This document shows, piece after piece, positions 61,052 through 64,000 of a DNA stretch of 64,000 nt (its first letter is position 1; each line of letters starts with the position of its first letter). The translations under genes and the position numbers were made by a program. The notes under the pieces are model-generated. The model did not search any database. It saw only the letters and a list, made by a program, of their open reading frames with translations, and was not told where the DNA came from. This DNA is from Candidatus Eremiobacteria bacterium (GTDB taxonomy: Bacteria > Vulcanimicrobiota > Vulcanimicrobiia > Vulcanimicrobiales > Vulcanimicrobiaceae), in NCBI GenBank assembly GCA_963737065.1, contig CAVTRC010000001.1:1088001-1152000 (forward strand), in the 5' to 3' direction.

Positions 61052-62101
61052 ATGGCTGCGATCGTATTCGTCGCGGTCGCCGTTGCGATTGGGGCGGCGA
61101 TGTACGCGTATACCTTGTTCAAGCGGTACGCGCAGGAGCGTCACGAGCACCGCCGCGTCGTCGCGCTGTTTTCGCGCTACATGCCCGCGCCGGTCGTCGA
61201 AGATCTGCTTGCGCGCAAGGACCCACGCTTGCTCGAAGCGCGCGAGTATTACGCAACACTGCTGCACGTGCGAATTCGCAATTTTGCGCTTTTTTCCGAG
61301 CCGCTGACGCCGGAAGAGACGCTGCGGTATCTCAATGAGTTCTACACGATCGTTGGACAAGCGGTTGGGCGGCACCGCGGCTTCATCGAAAGCCTGCGGG
61401 CAGACACGGTCGTCGCCGTCTTCGGCGTTCTCATCGACGAGCGTTTCCAAGAAGAACGAGCCTTACGCGCAGCGCTCGATATCATGCGCGTCGTCGCGGC
61501 CATGGAAGCGCGTTGGCGCGAACAGCGACGCAAACCGTTTACGATCGGTATCGGCGTCAATTCCGGCAAAGTCGTCGCCGGCGACAGCGGATACAAAGAC
61601 CGCCGCGAGTTCGCAGTCATCGGAAATCCCGCGCAGGTTGCCGCGCAACTCGAAGCCGCATCCGAAGAATTGAACGCTTCGATCGTCGCTTCCGAAGCGA
61701 CGTATACTGCGGTTCGCGATCTATTCGTCGGTATTCCGACGTCATCGTTGCCGCTGAAGGGACTGCGGCGTTTGCAAAACGCGTACATTGTGCGCGGACT
61801 CAGCAGGCGCGGTCCGGACGAACGTTCGCTGACGCTTCCGTCGCAGCGGTCGTTTCAGACAACCGTCGTGCATGCGTATGGCGAAGGCGAACCGCCGCCC
61901 GCCGAGGGCCATGTGTACCTTGCGCCTGAAGTCGCTGCGGAAGAACGTGCAGTGGTTGACGAGCGCCTTACTGACACGACGCCCGCGCTGTTCTCGCGCT
62001 TTTCACGCTACGACGACGAGGCGCCGGCGCTGCCGCACGCGCCGCCCGTCGCCGGGATGTACGAAGACGATCAAGGGCCGCCGATCGAGCTGCCCCCGTA
62101 A
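61052..62101 (+). CDS. Membrane-anchored class III cyclase-like protein with degenerate active site
   Basis: FSRYMP linker and IGIGVNSG.VVAG fold motifs; catalytic positions are substituted. Confidence 0.85.
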   Translation: MAAIVFVAVAVAIGAAMYAYTLFKRYAQERHEHRRVVALFSRYMPAPVVEDLLARKDPRLLEAREYYATLLHVRIRNFALFSEPLTPEETLRYLNEFYTIVGQAVGRHRGFIESLRADTVVAVFGVLIDERFQEERALRAALDIMRVVAAMEARWREQRRKPFTIGIGVNSGKVVAGDSGYKDRREFAVIGNPAQVAAQLEAASEELNASIVASEATYTAVRDLFVGIPTSSLPLKGLRRLQNAYIVRGLSRRGPDERSLTLPSQRSFQTTVVHAYGEGEPPPAEGHVYLAPEVAAEERAVVDERLTDTTPALFSRFSRYDDEAPALPHAPPVAGMYEDDQGPPIELPP

Positions 62102-62193
62102 GGTCTGAGCGCGCGCAGAGAACAAAACAATCTGCCCGGGCGTTCGGCGCGTTGAATCGAGGGCACGGCGCAAGCGGCGCGAAGGGAAGACCC

Positions 62194-62730
62194 GTGACTC
62201 AAAACGCCGAGCGGCTCATGGAGCGAGTGTGCGCACGCGACGCAGATGCGTTCGAAGCGCTCTACGACATGCACCATCGCCTGGTGTATGGCCTGGCTGC
62301 TCGAATGTTGGGTGACGCCGCTTCCGCCGAAGACGTAACGCAGGCGGTGTTTTTGAAAATTTGGTCCGCCCCCGAACGGTTTCGTGGGGGCAACTTTACC
62401 GGTTGGATCGTTCGGATGACGCGAAATCGCGCACTCGATGTGCTTCGCGCGCGTCGAACGCACGGCGAAGCAGCGCTGCCCGACACGCTGCCGGAAGAGA
62501 TCGCGATTGAGGATACAGCGTTTGCGAACATTGATGCAGACGTGGTCCGCAATGCACTAGCAACGCTTCCGGCCGAACAGCGGCAACCGATTGAGCTCGG
62601 ATTTTTCGGCGGCGTGACGCACGATGAGATCGCGCGGCGAAGTGGCATTCCGCTCGGAACGATAAAAACGCGCATACGTATGGGGTTGAAGAAACTGAGG
62701 TCGGCACTTGAAGGAACGGTGACGGTATGA
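62194..62730 (+). CDS. ECF sigma factor (SigK-like)
   Basis: AEDVTQAVFLKIW, RNRALD and EIA..GIPLGTIKTRIR. Confidence 0.93.
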   Translation: MTQNAERLMERVCARDADAFEALYDMHHRLVYGLAARMLGDAASAEDVTQAVFLKIWSAPERFRGGNFTGWIVRMTRNRALDVLRARRTHGEAALPDTLPEEIAIEDTAFANIDADVVRNALATLPAEQRQPIELGFFGGVTHDEIARRSGIPLGTIKTRIRMGLKKLRSALEGTVTV

Positions 62731-63461
62731 ACGGATCGCATGCCGACATGCTCGACGACGTTGCCGTTTATGCGCTCGGCACGTTGCCGCACACGGAAGC
62801 CGAGCGGGTGCGCGCGCATATCGAAAACTGCGCCGAGTGCCGTGCAGAGTACGAAGCGCTCGCGCCGGCCGTTAGTGCCGTTGCGCAAAGCGCGGAGGCC
62901 AGCGCCGACGGCGCCAACGGCGCTATTCACGCATCGCCGCTACTCAAAGCGCGGATCATGCGCGAGGTCCGCACATCAGATCGTGCGCCGAAGCTCTGGC
63001 CGTCATATGCCTTTGCCGCGGCGTGCCTCGCGATCGCACTGGGCCTCGCGGGGCAAAATCTCTCGTTGACGCGTACGCTTCATACCGCCGAAATCTCGCA
63101 ATCCCATGTAACGAGTACGCGACCGATCGACGAGCAAACGCTCGCGGATCTGGTCGATCAACGCGCGAAACGATATCGGGTTCCGGGCGGTGAAATCGTT
63201 CGCTCGAACAATCGTCTCTATATCGCAATGGACGACATGCCGCAACCGCCGCGCGGAAAGGTTTATCAAGCGTGGACGGAACGGAAGGGCTCGAAGACGA
63301 TGAATCCCGGCGCCACGTTTGTTCCCGATCGGCACGGCGTAGCGATTTTGCCGGTCTCTTCAGAGGCGCGGGCGTTGCATGCCGTCGCCGTTAGCGTCGA
63401 ACCGCCCGGCGGGAGCAAGGCGCCAACGACATCACCCGTGGTACTCGAACTGCTGGAGTAA
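62727..63461 (+). CDS. Anti-sigma factor (ZAS plus RskA-like)
   Basis: HxxxCxxC, TM helix, VYQAW and AVSVEPPGGS..PT. Confidence 0.9.
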   Translation: MNGSHADMLDDVAVYALGTLPHTEAERVRAHIENCAECRAEYEALAPAVSAVAQSAEASADGANGAIHASPLLKARIMREVRTSDRAPKLWPSYAFAAACLAIALGLAGQNLSLTRTLHTAEISQSHVTSTRPIDEQTLADLVDQRAKRYRVPGGEIVRSNNRLYIAMDDMPQPPRGKVYQAWTERKGSKTMNPGATFVPDRHGVAILPVSSEARALHAVAVSVEPPGGSKAPTTSPVVLELLE

Positions 63462-64000
63462 TGATTCGAACGCAACCGCTCTCCGGCACGCTCGAGACAG
63501 CGGCCCTCGCATATCTTGCCCGAGCACCTTACGAACATGTCTTTCTCACGTACCTCATTCTCTTCGACGTTGCGGCGTCGACACGCAACGCGATTCGCAT
63601 CGCGGTCGACGAATCGGGCGCCGTAACGGGCGTCGGCTACTTCGGACGCCAAGTGGTGCTCGCCGCCGAAGATGCACCGACGATCGCGGCGCTGGCGGCC
63701 GCGGCACGTTCATTTCGCGGCGAACGCATGATCGTCGGACCGCGAGCAACGATCGCGCGCTACTGGGAATTGATCCGTGACGGTCACGCGCTGCCGCGTT
63801 TGGTTCGCGAGCGTCAATACGTGATGATGCTGGAACGCTCGATGCTCCGTCCGTACGAACACAGCGTCGTCGGCCGCCGCGCGCGCATCGACGAGTGGAC
63901 GGCGGTTGCCGATAATTCCGCGCTGATGATCGGACAAGAACTCGACTACGATCCGCGCCGCTCGTCGCCGGAATTTACGTCGAACGTGCGCGCGATGATC
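63461..64000 (+). CDS. Probable GNAT acetyltransferase (partial, runs off the window)
   Basis: Open frame from ATG overlapping TAA; MIVGPR, RERQ and ELDYDP motifs. Confidence 0.65.
   Translation, partial: MIRTQPLSGTLETAALAYLARAPYEHVFLTYLILFDVAASTRNAIRIAVDESGAVTGVGYFGRQVVLAAEDAPTIAALAAAARSFRGERMIVGPRATIARYWELIRDGHALPRLVRERQYVMMLERSMLRPYEHSVVGRRARIDEWTAVADNSALMIGQELDYDPRRSSPEFTSNVRAMI

Overview
The window has two unrelated halves that meet abruptly at about 14,567. Bases 1-14,567 resemble a decaying or error-rich mobile element of alphaproteobacterial style. It has a frameshifted large terminase with no portal, capsid or tail genes in view, and cargo genes (delta-9-type desaturase, broken quinone oxidoreductase). 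It also has two XRE regulators, a RepL-like protein, an AlpA-type HTH, a Holliday-junction-resolvase-like nuclease, phage-type replication proteins and two candidate structured RNAs. Bases 14,568-64,000 are dense chromosomal backbone with strongly CG-rich codon usage, reminiscent of Vulcanimicrobiota/Eremiobacterota (inference). This half holds a truncated ppk1, an OpuC/EgtU-family ABC importer near egtD, glycolipid genes, prfC, heme O synthase, aidB, nanE, many secreted peptidases, a GH20/transporter-PDZ/M20/serine hydrolase/hydantoinase operon, a probably catalytically dead class III cyclase and an ECF sigma/anti-sigma pair. The best leads are the terminase-only satellite-like element, a three-way-junction RNA whose loop is complementary to the downstream RBS, the pseudo-cyclase beside the ECF pair, a REP-like in-frame insertion in RF3, and the junction itself, which is probably an artefact. 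All calls come from reading motifs by eye; no searches were run. No tRNA, rRNA or CRISPR array was seen.
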